Assembly: GCA_965178125.1 (NCBI GenBank) | Contig: OZ237737.1 | Location: 1,116,001 to 1,180,000 of the forward strand | Length of the DNA: 64,000 nucleotides | Origin: Bilabrum cf. latius | Taxonomy: Eukaryota | Reading direction: 5' to 3' | Shown: positions 23,486 through 35,500 of the stretch, in pieces | Numbering within the stretch: the stretch's first letter is position 1 | Layout: each line of letters begins with the position of its first letter | Program-made: the position numbers and the translations under genes | The notes under the pieces: model-generated | The model's input: the letters and a program-made list of their open reading frames with translations, nothing else | What the model was told of the DNA's origin: nothing | Databases searched by the model: none

Positions 23486-24226
23486 TTAAAAGAGAGCAAT
23501 ATCGATAACGGTTTGCATTAGTACTTTGGTCAAGGCAGGAGGTATGGTATACAGGACTTCAGTGGGTGTTTGAGTGTGCATTCCAACAATCTACCGCATC
23601 ATTTGCCACATGATTTTTTGAGATCGATAACCTTTTGATGGTCCACTAGCGATTGAGTAATGGTGCTTTAGGTTACCTTTGGTGGTGATTGATGAATGTG
23701 GACAATGATCGCTTTTACAGCATACTTTTAGCTTTGGCAGGAGTTGATCGATAAGATTGGCACTACCCCAGAATCTAGTTTTCTTGGCATAGATGTAGCC
23801 GTACATACAGTAACAAGCATCAACGTATGGTATGCCAGCAACCACATCACGTGTCTTTAAACAACCTGTAGAGGGGTTTTCCATGGTCCAAGCCGAAGGT
23901 TTGTAAAAATCAATTATGTCCAACACTCGCTACACCATCTTATCTGATTCTTTCCGGTTGGCTTCTAGATTGCTCTTATCCCGTACCATTCTTTTACCCA
24001 TACTATAATAGTGGCAAACTGGGGATGCGTGTATAAAATCAAAGTATCCCACAGGGAACGCTTGTTTGTAATCCCATTGCATGATATCAGTGCAGATGGT
24101 GGGTTTATATTTTTGTTCGATATCTAGTGAGACAACCTCGACTCTATTACCAAGTAGTTTGTGTAGTGCTTTGCTGATTGACTTTGTGCCACAAAACAAT
24201 TCCAAAACTCGAAGTTTCGGTTTCAT
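23486..24226 (-). CDS. Short cytosine-C5 methyltransferase-like protein
   Basis: LRVLELFCGTKS, SLDI, IHASPVC, MENP, YCMYG..YAKKTRFW; TAGs at 23930 and 23591. Confidence 0.75.
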
Positions 24227-24278
24227 TATAGTTAGTCCAAAGATTAAAATGATTTTGTTTTGAGTATATTATAAGTGT

Positions 24279-24535
24279 GTTCTCAGTTTTTTTGAGTTGT
24301 TCTAAGTTTGTTCTAAGTTATGTTCCATAATTTAAAAGAAATTAAAAGAAATGTTCCATGTTTCCTTCTTTTTTCTGACAACCACAGATATTATGATAAA
24401 TTTGAAAATTCGAGAGAAATGTGAAAAATGAAATATTGAGAGAGATTGTGAAAAAAACATGGAACACAGAACTTCCGTATTAAATCCGTACTAAACCAAA
24501 TAAAAAGTGAGACACAAAATGTGGAACTCTTTTAA
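24279..24535 (+). repeat. ~250-bp dispersed repeat, copy 3
   Basis: Direct repeat of copy 2. Confidence 0.9.
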
Positions 24536-25764
24536 ATTTCAAGTAAATCCATGATTGTTTTGTATTGATCTCTAGATAACCCTTTGTAATTGATTTGTAG
24601 GTTGTACAACCCATCTTGTTTAGATAAGAGAACCGAAGGTTCAGGTGGAGTAGGTTTGTTAGGAGATTGAGTTTTCATTTTTTCATCGCTTTCAATCTCG
24701 ATCACAGGTAGAGTGGATTGTTTGTTATGTTTAGGTTTAATAGGCTTAAGTATAGGTTCAGGCGATTTTATTTCCACTATAGGTAGTGAGATCTGCTTGG
24801 GTTTGATCTTGATCTTGGGTTTAGGTTTGGGCGATTTCAATCCCAGTACAGGTAGATCGCATCCATTTAGATGCTCCTATTCCTCACTGGTTCTGTACTC
24901 CTAATAGTAGGTTTTTTGGGTTTTCTTAGAATGCCCCATGGCACTGCACAGTGCTTTGCGTTGATCGAGTGATAAACCACGTGCCATCTGGGAACTCCAG
25001 ATCTTGCGGATATCTTGGGGTGAAACGTAGCACTCCAGCCACTTGAGGCTGTAGGGTTTTACAAGCCGACTGGTGAAATTCTTTGAACCACTGCCCCACA
25101 AGGGTGTATCATCGGATAGTAGACTGGCAATCTCCACTACACGATCGTTGATGGGCATATCTCGCTCCTAGGATGTGCCAATGACCACCCCCTTGTCGCT
25201 GCCCACCACCAGCACCTTGCGATCGAGATCGATTCGATTGGGAAAAGATGGATCTGTGCTGATAACTAATTGGCACAGAGCAGATGGTCTGATTGGAGAT
25301 ATGTAGTAGAGTATGGTTAGAAACAAGAGTGCCACCTGCTCGGGCTGCTTGAGCCCAGTGGCATCCACAGCACCTAACCGCTCTTGAGCCTGCTAAAGGG
25401 TGAGAGGCAGATCCTTTTTGGGTTGCTCTTCGCGATCTGATTGAAACTTGAGCGCCCATTCGCCTTTGGTTTTGCATAGCAGGTGAAAGCGCTCGCTCTG
25501 GCAGCCTTGGCATCCGAGGTAGGCTGTTAGGTGGTGCAGGGCGTAGTAGCATCGCATCGAAGCATAGGTGCTGTTGAGTTGTTTCATGGCGGTATCTATT
25601 TGTTCTTGGGATAGAGGGGCATCGGGGTTGCATCCAATCTTTTGGAGTAGGGAGCGGAGAACGGTGTTGCACTCGCGATGGTAGTTGCCCAAGGTTTTGG
25701 GATTGTGGTACTGTGTGGCTAGCCATGCTTTGATTTCTTGTACTAGTGTGTTAGTAGAACTCAT
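24532..25764 (-). CDS. Tyrosine recombinase-family protein
   Basis: Four ORF-track pieces in one frame joined by TAGs; SPIRP (Arg I), PQDIRKIW (Arg II), MGHSKKTQKTYY (His/Tyr). Confidence 0.75.
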
Positions 25765-25791
25765 ATACTATAATAATGGTAGAAAAAAGGT

Positions 25792-25799
25792 TTCAATTT
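25792..25799 (-). promoter_or_regulatory. AAAATTGA, Mimiviridae-type early promoter motif upstream of the recombinase
   Basis: TCAATTTT on the + strand about 30 nt upstream of ATG 25764. Confidence 0.45.
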
Positions 25800-26472
25800 T
25801 ATGAAATGTAAAAATGTAAAGGTTGCAGATTGCACTTGTAGTTGTGAGAAATTTGCGAGGGGTATCACTCGTTAAGGAAAGAGGTTAGAGAGCAGGGTGC
25901 AACACAATAGGTGGATAGTATAGTAAATGATATAATGGTCTGGGTAGAAGTTTAATTGTTGCTCTTGATTGGCAAGGAGAGGCACGAGGAAATGGTGAGG
26001 CACCTCCGATCTACAAAGGAAAGTGCTCCGGTCTACATAGGAACGGAGCAATGCCTCACGGTTGATGCCTCACGACCAATTCAGGGGCGAATGGATCAAA
26101 GCATTAGATCCTTGAACATTATACACATGTGTAAGAGATCAAACCATACTAGTGCTAAGCAGGAAAGGGAGGGCATGGCGGAAAGATCATAAATCAGGGG
26201 TGCAAAGAGAGGTATCGAGGACCTGAACCACGCGCTGCGCACGTGCGCTCCGCGACCGCCCCTCGCCCGTTTGAAACCCCTAGAGAAGTAAATTATATCC
26301 ATTAAGGAATTGCGGAATCCACAGCAACTCGCAGGAGAATCTGTTCGCGCCCAGCAACACTCTCTCCCGATCCATCTCTGCACGTACAGAATAACCCATT
26401 CAGAAATTTCGACTCTTGTACAATTCATGGAAAGTAATTACTTTTAACAAAAGTAAAATCCCCTATACTCTA

Positions 26473-26530
26473 CTCTCGCAGTCCATATGAAACCCGTAGT
26501 ATACTACGGGTTTCATATGGACTGCGAGAG
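26473..26530. repeat. Perfect 58-bp palindrome at the right terminus of element B
   Basis: CTCTCGCAGTCCATATGAAACCCGTAGTA|TACTACGGGTTTCATATGGACTGCGAGAG, followed directly by host coding sequence. Confidence 0.95.
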
Positions 26531-26531
26531 C

Positions 26532-29500
26532 CGGTTTGGTGGGCGAGGGTAGAAAGACAGCAATTGCGGCGGGCTGTGCCCTGCCGGGTTCTACTGCCCC
26601 CTGCAGACTACCGACTCGTCTGGCTCCCGGCCTCCGAAGCAGTGTGGTGGCAGCAGCTACTACTGCCCTGAAGGCAGCGGCAGTCGCAAGTGAGACTAAA
26701 TGTGCAAAGCATGCTGCACCTTGACTCTTAGTCTAGGCGTCCATTGCAATTCAATAATTCTGCTGGATTGTATGCCTATCTGCTACTACCAAGTATCGAC
26801 CTCGATCCCTTGCACTTGCTTGCAGCACGGTGTCCACCGGATACTACACGGTTGGCGGGCCCGACTCGCGGTTCCGGTCGAGCCAGCTCATCTGCGACAA
26901 GGGCCACTACTGCTCCAGCGGGGTCAAGTACCAGTGTCCTGCGGGCAAGTACGGCAGCTCCACCCGGCTGTCCTCCAACAACTGCAACGGCGGGTGCACG
27001 GCCGGGTACTTCTGTCCCGCTGGTTCCATCAGCAGCAGACAGGAGACTTGTGGGTCTGCACAGTACTATTGCCCGGCCGGCACCACCTCCCGTCGCACGG
27101 TCCAGAGCGGGTACTACAGCACCCCCGAGAGCGTGGAGCCCTGGAGGCGCACGGGACAGGCGCGCTGCTCCTCGTCTGAGGTGTGCGTGGAGGGCGAGAG
27201 GAGGCCTCGGCTTGAGTGGACCACCGGGTGCAACCAGGCCACGGGCACCGGCAGCGCCACCGTGAATGAGAGGTCCACTGCCGGCACGAACCTGGGCAAG
27301 CTAGCTCAGGCCCGCAGCAACGTGGGTCGCAGCATTTCCTACACAATGACCTCCTAGGCACCCGCTTCCGGGGTGTCTGGGTGCCCGACCCGGACCCCAT
27401 TCAGCGTGTCGAGCGACGGCACGTTCTCCGTCAAGAGCGGATCTGCCATGCTGGACTACGAGAAATGCCCGAGGTACACCGTCGGCATGCGCGTGACGGA
27501 TGCGCAGGTGACAATCACGTGCTCGCTGACTGTGAACCTGCGCGACCGCAATGACCCGCCTGTGCTGGAGAGCAGCCCAGTGCGATCAGTGGAGGAGGGC
27601 TCCGAGATCGACACCCCCGTGGGCGACAAGATCGGAGCGTCGGACGAGGACCGATTCCAGGAGCTACTATTCTCCATCGTGTCGGGCAACGACGACGGCT
27701 TCTTTCGGATCAGTCGGTGCTCTGGGCTGATCAGTGTGGCCAAAGAGGGCCTGGACTTCGAGACGGTGAATCGATACTCGCTGGTGGTCAGGGTGGTGGA
27801 CGACGGGAATCCCGAGCTGTCTGCCCAGACCACGGTGACGATCAACATCATCAACCGCAACGAGCCGCCCACGTGGGTGCGCACCAACTACGTGTTCAGC
27901 GCCATCGAGACGTGCTCGGACGGCGACGGCCTATCCTCCACGGACAAGGGCGTGCAGGCCACTGACGCTGATGCCGGCACCACGATCACGTACAGCATTT
28001 CGCGGAATGACCGCAGCGCGTTTGCCATCGGCAGCTCGACAGGCACCATAACGGTGGCCGACTGCTCCCAACTCAACTACGAGATCCAGGGCGAGCGCAC
28101 CTTTTCGATCGAGGTGGAGGCGAACGACGGAGAGATCGGCATCAAGCAGTCCGTCACCATCACGGCACTCAATGGAAACGAGGCGCCGGTGTTCACGCCC
28201 ATCACGCTCATCGGCCTCAAGATCAGCGAGGGCGCCAACTAGGGAGGCGAGGTGGGCACCGTGTCTGCTGACGACGAAGACGACCCAAGCACGCTGACAT
28301 ACTCGATTTCGGGTGGCAGTCAGGCCAGCTTTTTCGCGATTGATTCTTCCACGGGGCGGATCACCGTCTCGAGCGCGGGAGCGGTGGATGGTGCAGGCAC
28401 CCAGGGCCTGGACTTCGAGACGGCAGCATCGCACGAGATCGACATCACGGTGCAGGACTCTGGGCTGGACAACGACAACTCGAACCGTCTGTCCACGACC
28501 ACCAGCGTGACCATTGCGGTGACCGCGGTGAACGAGGATCCAGTGCTGATGCCGCAGGGCGTCACCGTGCACGAGACGCTGGGCGTGGGCGATGTAGTGG
28601 GTGCTGCTGTGAATTTCACGGACCCTGACAACGAGGGCCGCTTCCTGACCACTACCCCCAAGCAGCAGTCGCACACCCTGCGCGTGCTGAGCATTGATGC
28701 AGGGGGTTTTGTGATGGCGGATCAGCCGTTTCTGGTAGACTAGGACACTCGCACTCTTCGGCTGGGCCAAGAGCTGGACTTCGAGACATCTGCCTACCAC
28801 CGCGTTACCCTCGAGCTTGAGGACAGCCAGGGAGCCAAGGTGTCTGCACCCTTCAACATCACGGTGCTGAACGTGAACGAGGCTCCATCGGTCACGGAGG
28901 ATTAGTCCTATAACGTGGATGAGAACGACGCTCCCCCTGTCACCCTTGGCACCGTGGTGGGCACTGATCCTGACGGGGCATCCGATACGTCCGGCCTCAC
29001 CTTCGAGATCGACACGGATGCCAACAACACCCAGGCCTCTGACTTTGCAATCAGCAGCTCCGGTGTGCTGACGCTGCAGACAAACGCCGCATCTGGTGGC
29101 ACGGTGCCGGTCGGAGGGTACGACTTTGAGAGCAGCGGGGTGTTCAAGTCGGTGTCCATCATCGCCACGGATCCGCAGGGAGCCAAGAGTAACCCGGTCC
29201 TCGTCACAGTCATCGTGGATGACGTGAACGAGAACCCGTGGTTGCCATACCACAACATCGGAGTGCGAGAGCAGACCGCGGTTGAGACGGAGCTGGCCCC
29301 TCGCTTGCAGGGAGAAGACGTTGACAACAGATACAACGTGCCTCACCGGTCCAACTTGAACTACACGATCGTCACCAAGCATGTTGACCTGACCTGGATC
29401 TCGCTCCGTCCTGACGGCACGGTGTACCTGAGCGCAGAAGCCCCCAGCTTCACTTCCAGTGTGCTCAAGGCTTGGAACATGACAGTGCGAGTCACGGATC

Positions 29501-32500
29501 CAGAGGGGCTCTCGGGCGAGGGCACCGTGCAGATCCGACTGCTGGACAGCAACTTCAACCCGGACGTCACATCGCGGGAGGTCACCTTCCCCGAGTCCAC
29601 GCTCACTGGCACCGTGCTGCTGAACGGCGAGCCCGCGGGCAGCACACCCCTGGGTACGGACCAGGACAACGATAACCTGGACTTCCTCCTGGATAGAGTG
29701 GAGCCAAACGCCGGCACTTCATTATTTGAACTGACACGGTCTGGGCAGCTGATGCTTGCTGGAACCGGGTTGAATTTTGAGGACGAGACGTTCTACCGGG
29801 TGTTCTTCACAGCGCAGGACGACGGTGATGGGCGGCTGCAGACTGCTGGCCATGTGAACATCACAGTGACCGACGTGGCCGAGTATCCTTCTGTGGGTGG
29901 CGGCGCCTTCTCTCTCCTGGAGAATGCCACTGCCTCCACTGCTGTGGGCACTGTAGACATCCGGGATGAAGACTTGAACACTGCCCTGACCCTGAGGCTG
30001 CTGGATCCGACCACCAACATGCAGCCGTCTGTGTGCTTTGGTCTGTCATCCGCGAGTCGCACTACGGGTGCAGGCGTGTCCCCCACGGAGTGGACCACTA
30101 CGGTGAGCCTGCTGTCGGCGGACTGCATCAACCACGAGGAGCGCGAGGAGCATGCGCTGGCAGTGGAGGCCAAGGATGAGGGCAACCTGTACGATTTCGG
30201 CAACATCACCATCACGATCGTGGACATCAACGAGCGACCCACCCTGCAGGATGCGTCCTTCACGCTGGAGGAGAACCCAGATGCCTCGCAGGCGGAGTCC
30301 GTGGGTCAGTTGGTGGCAGCTGATGTGGATTCAGGCACGATCTTCACGTACACGATCGTGTCAGGCAACGAGAACAACGCTTTCTCCGTTGGCAACGACG
30401 GTATGCTGCAAGCAGCCGTGCCCCAACTGATCGACCGAGAGAACATCACGTCGTACACCCTTGGCGTGACGGTGACGGACTCCTTCTCCCAGGGCGCAGA
30501 TGCCCCGCTGACTTCGACCGTGGCCACGGTGTCTGTGACTGTGTCGAACGAGGAGGACATGTCTCTGATCCAGGTGTCTGGTCCTCGCCATGATACTAGG
30601 GGCACAACCGCGGCGCAGCGGGCAGCTGGCAACGTGACCATCATCGACGGCAGCAACATCGGACCCACTGCGTACCGCCGCAGCACGGCCAGCGGCAGCG
30701 CCACTGTCACTGCCACCATGCTGCGCGCGCTGCTGCCGAGCGAGACTGGCTTCCCTGGCACGATGGATCTGACATCGCCGGGGTGCACCATTGGGGCCAC
30801 CGACCTTGACGTGGACCGGGACCCGTCGGAGGGCGGAGCTCCTGCCCGCGGCAACACGAGGCTGACGTGCGAGGCTCCAGTGGGCACGGGCGCTGGGTTC
30901 GTGTGGACGATCCGCGTGGTGGACGACCTGAGTGTGTCTGAGACGGTTGTGCTGGATGGCGAGGACCAGTTCCAGACGTCGTACGAGGTACCTGTGATCG
31001 GGAGCGTGACCGCCGCCACGTCTGCGTCTGATAACCTGGTGTCGAGCGGACTGGTGCTGCCCACGGCTGGCGGGGGGCGCATCGTGATCGACGGAGACTT
31101 CTTCGGGCCCGTTGGGTGGCCGTCCGTGCCGATCGTGCGCGCTCATGCTACTGGCAACGAGTTCGCATATCGCACGTCGGATGGATCATCAGTGGTGTAC
31201 ACGCTGCGGAACTGCGCTGTGACGGCTTCGCATTCCCGTGTGGAGTGCGAGATGCCCGAGGGAATCGGCAGCGAGTTGTCGTTCGAGGTGGAGATCGCGG
31301 GCCAGGTGTCGCGCCCCATGGTGACTCAGATCGGATTCGCGCTGCCTTCTTTGTAGTCTGTGGAGGTGGTGGCCCTTGGGTGGGTGAGGGAGGTGTTCGC
31401 TGAGCACAAGGCCCAGCAGGTGTCTCGTGGGATCGGGAACGGGACTCTATCCGAGGACCCGCTGGTGACGGATGACTTGCTGGCGGAGCGCACCCGCCGG
31501 CTGTCCACCACTGGCGGCGAGGAGGTGATCCTCAGAGGCAGCAACCTGGGCCGCGGCACACGCACCGGTGTAATCGAGCCTCTGACCGCAATGTACGGCC
31601 CTGCCGGTGCCCCTCTGGAAGGCTTCCTGTACGAGGCCATGCAGTGCCGGGTGACCGTGGCTCACGTCGAGATGCGGTGCCAATCTGTGGCAGGCGTGGG
31701 TACCGGGCATCTGTGGAGAGTGGAGGTGGGCGGTTTGCCTTCGGACATCCCCACATCTCCTACTTCCTACGATTAGCAGCTCCTCCGGACGGACTACAGG
31801 CCCCCAGTGCTGGTCGCAGTGGGCGGTCCTGGCAGGGACGGTGGCCCAACTCGCGGTGGCCAGGTAGTCTCTGTGGAGGCTCACCAGCTGGGACCGCTGG
31901 GTGGTGCTGCCTTCGGTGGTGCATCGCCTGTGCTGAGCTATGGCGGACAGGAGGTGCAGGGGTCGTGGTGGATGCACTACGAGGGCGTGCTATGTAACGT
32001 GACCGCTGCATCTGTGCAGGCACAGTGCTTCACACAGGCGGGCACAGGAAGGGATCATGCAGTTCGTGTGACGATCGCTGGCCAGCGATCCAACGCCCTG
32101 CTGCGGGAGGTGAGCTACGCGCCTCCGGTGATCACTCAGTTCCCTCGTGTGATCGAAGGCATCAACGGCACTCAGGTGATCGTCAGCGGTGCTCGCGATG
32201 CCGACACCCGCGGGTGGCAGAAGGTGGTGGTGCTCGGCGACAACTTCGGTACCGGTGTGGATGGCGAGATGGGTGACCTCGAGCTGGTGACGTACTCGCG
32301 GCCGTTCACGAGTCTGGCTGGCGAGGACGAGGAGGTGGGATCCACGTCGTCTGATGGATCCACTGTGCTGCCCCCGCCAGTGGTGTTCACTGCGAGGGAC
32401 TGCTACGTGAGTGTGGCCCATGTTGAGGTGACGTGCATGACCACGGAGGGTGCTGGCGAGGACCTCCGGTGGACCGTGGTGGTGGACAACCAGACCAGTG

Positions 32501-35500
32501 TGCAGCCCGCCACGGACTACGGCGTGCCCGAGATCCACTCGGTGGATGGGCCAGGAGCCAGGCAGGCATCGACGGACGGCAGGCAGATGTTGTACATCCG
32601 CGGCAAGAACTTCGGGCCAGTCACGTCTTTGTACGGGCGCGACTTCCTGGATTATGTCACGTACGGTCCATCTGGGCAGGAGTACACGGCAACTGAGTGC
32701 GAGGTGATGAGCCACACGATGATCCGGTGCGTGACTGCTCCTGGAGTGGGGGCGTCCGTGAGGTGGATCGTGAGCGTGGAGGGGCAGGCGTCGCTGCCGT
32801 CGGATCCTCGCGCGCCTGTGGGCGTGGGTGGGTACGTCGGGCCCGGCGCTGGAGGCGTGGGCGTGCCGTCTGGTGGTGGTGTGAGCAACAACACCGCGGC
32901 TGGATACGCTGCTCCGAACATCGGGTCCGTGAGCCCGGATGGTCGGGTGACTGCGGAGGAGGCCGCGGCCGCTGGGGCCGGTGGTTCTGTGCAGGTGTTC
33001 CTGGGAGTGGAGGACGTGCCCACTGCGGGCGGTGTCCCGATCGAGATCATCGGCCGGGACTTTGGCCTCCGCGACCCCGCCGCCCGTGTGGACGTTGTGC
33101 TGAACGGGGTGGTGCTGCTGCCAGATGCTGTGCTGTTCACGGACGCGGCTCACCGGATCGACTCCAATGCATCTCCCAACCGCACCGTGTCGATGCAGTT
33201 CGGCAACTTCTCTGTGGATGCGAGCGGCAAGGTGCTGGATGATGCCCAGAAGGCCGTGCTGGTCACATCGGCCAAGGCCTCAGATGATGCTAGGCGGGCT
33301 GCTGTCGCTGCGGAGGCGGCGGGCGAGCCTGTGCAGGACGGGGTGGTTCCCCCTGGGGGACAGCTGCCTATCCCTGTTGGGTATGGATTCCCCATCCGGT
33401 CTTACTGGGTGCATGAAGAGACCGGCGCGGACGATGCCCCGGCACTGCGCAGCGGAGAGCGGTTTCTGCGGCGCGTGATCATGGAGCCCGTGTTCAGCAG
33501 CACGTCGGACCCTCGCGTGTCTCGTGATGCCCCCAACCCGCTTGGTGGCGCTGCCCAGCAGCCCGATGCATGGAGGGTGACGGAGACGTGGTATCGCCAG
33601 AGGCATTTGGTGCGTGTGCAGCTCCCGGCTGGAGAGGGAGGCCCTCTGGACCTGGTCGTGTCGACCGGACCAGATGACACTCCTCGCACGGCCGGGCCGG
33701 TGACCGGTGTGGATCGCCAGTTCTCCGTGCCTGCCGAGCTGAGGTACAACGAGCCTCTGATTGAGGCTGTCCGTGTGGGCAAGCTGGCTGGTGACGACAC
33801 TGTGCTGCTGCTGGAGATCGAGGGTCGGGATCTGGGCCTTGTGCCCCGCGTGGTGCTGATGGGCGAGGATGGGTCGGTGCACGATGCCCTGGCCACTGGC
33901 GAGGACGACGATGAGGCTGCCCCGGCCGACCTGCTGAGCTCGCTCCGGTGCGACCCGCCCAAGGAGCATACGATGGTCAACTGCACGTACAGGCTGCTGG
34001 AGCGCGGCGCGGCCACGCAGGGCCGCCGCAGCGGCAACATCACAATCGTGGACCGCACTGGGCGCCGCAGTCCGGCTGCGCAGTTCACGGACTTCCCGGC
34101 CGAGCTGCTTCCGTCCCTGCGCGACGGCCTGGAGGAGCAGAGCATCCTGTACTCCAACGGCACGTACGTGCTGGAGCTGCGCGGTCGCTTCTTCGGAGCC
34201 CGAGCATCCATCACTGTGGACGGCGCACGGTGCATCCCGCCACCGGACGGCCGGACATTCTGCAGCGACTGCTCGCTTGACGAGTCGTTGTGCCCTTCGT
34301 GCGACCACCGCATCGGACAGTCGGGCACGCCCACCGCGATGCCTCGCGCGTACCTTCCGCAGACTGTGGAGACCGTGGGTCCCGGTGATGAGATCTACAC
34401 GGTGCGATGCGAGGTGCCGCGCGGCTTCGGTCGGTCTCGCGCCGTGCAGGTGCTGTCCGACACGCAGCCGGGCGAGCGCATCACGGTGCATTTCCGGGAG
34501 CCTCGTCTGGGCGAGGTGAGCGTGCCATCGCAGGGCAGCGGCACCGCGACCGTGGCTTGGATGGCCGGCTCGACTGGGCCCGGTAGCGCCAGCTCGCCCA
34601 TTGTGATCCGTACATCTGGCACAGTGGCATCGGGCACTGCATCGAGCCGGCTGCTGTTCGCGCGGTAGCTGAACAACGACAGCAGCACGTCTGGCTCTGG
34701 CTCGGGCTCTGGCTCAGGCTCGTCTGGATCCTCCACGCCAGTGCCCACGCTGACACAGGTGGGCTTCGTGGCGACCGACCCTGCCATGCCTGACGCTCCC
34801 GTCGAGGGAACAGCTAGGACTCTCATCACGATCCGCGGACAGGACTTCGGCAACTGGTCTGCGATTGACGCGCAGTGCCGCTCTGGCACGTTCGACCCTG
34901 CTTCACCCGGCACTGGCGCCCGCATGTGGCCAGGTGGGTGCGCCGTGTCTTCAGGATGCGAGCAGTTCGTGGTGGCTCCCACTGGCGGGCCCGGCGGAGG
35001 TCCCGTGCTTGGCTGCCGCGCCCGCTGCCGCTTCCCTGACTGCGTGTGGCGCGCTGACTCGGCCTCTCCTGGGTCCGTCGGTCTGCCGTCTGCCGAGTCC
35101 ACACAGGCTCTGAGCCCCCCTCTGGGTCGACTGGCACTGGTGAAGCAGTTCCCTGGGCGTGCATCCGAGACGCGGAACTATCTGCGCGTGGTGTCCTGGA
35201 CAGATGATGCCGTGACTGCGGAGCTGCCAGCTGGGCAGGGCACTGGATGGCGACTGGTGATGGATGTGGGCCTGCCTCAGCTGGCCCCTCTGGAGGACGG
35301 CTTCTCGTTGTCATCTGCTGCTGGCTTCGGTGGTCCTCTGGCGTCATCTGAGGACAACCGTGTGGGCGGCACTGGCCCACCTGCGCCCCCGCCCAGTCCG
35401 CGCTTCGACTACATGCGGCCTCGCGTGGACAGTGTGACTGTGAGCGCCCCCGATACCGGGGATGAGGCATACCATGGCAGCCGAACGGGCGGGTCTGGGT

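Larger units (their letters stand above)
4791..26530. mobile_element. Endogenous virophage-like element B, right portion
   Basis: MCP, A32-like ATPase, rve integrase, primase-helicase and tyrosine recombinase; abrupt AT-to-GC switch at 26530/26531 directly after a terminal palindrome. Confidence 0.88.

Noticed and set aside
1-26530. Viral genes as pseudogenes decayed by nonsense mutation or methylation-driven C-to-T change
   Set aside because: Interruptions are exclusively TAG, with no TAA, TGA or frameshifts seen. CAA and CGA codons remain abundant, and host genes show the same pattern.
1-26530. Bacteriophage or bacterial contamination with amber recoding
   Set aside because: Virophage-type MCP/ATPase/rve integrase, no evident Shine-Dalgarno leaders, and a clean junction into an intron-containing gene using the same code. 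A chimeric assembly cannot be fully excluded without reads.
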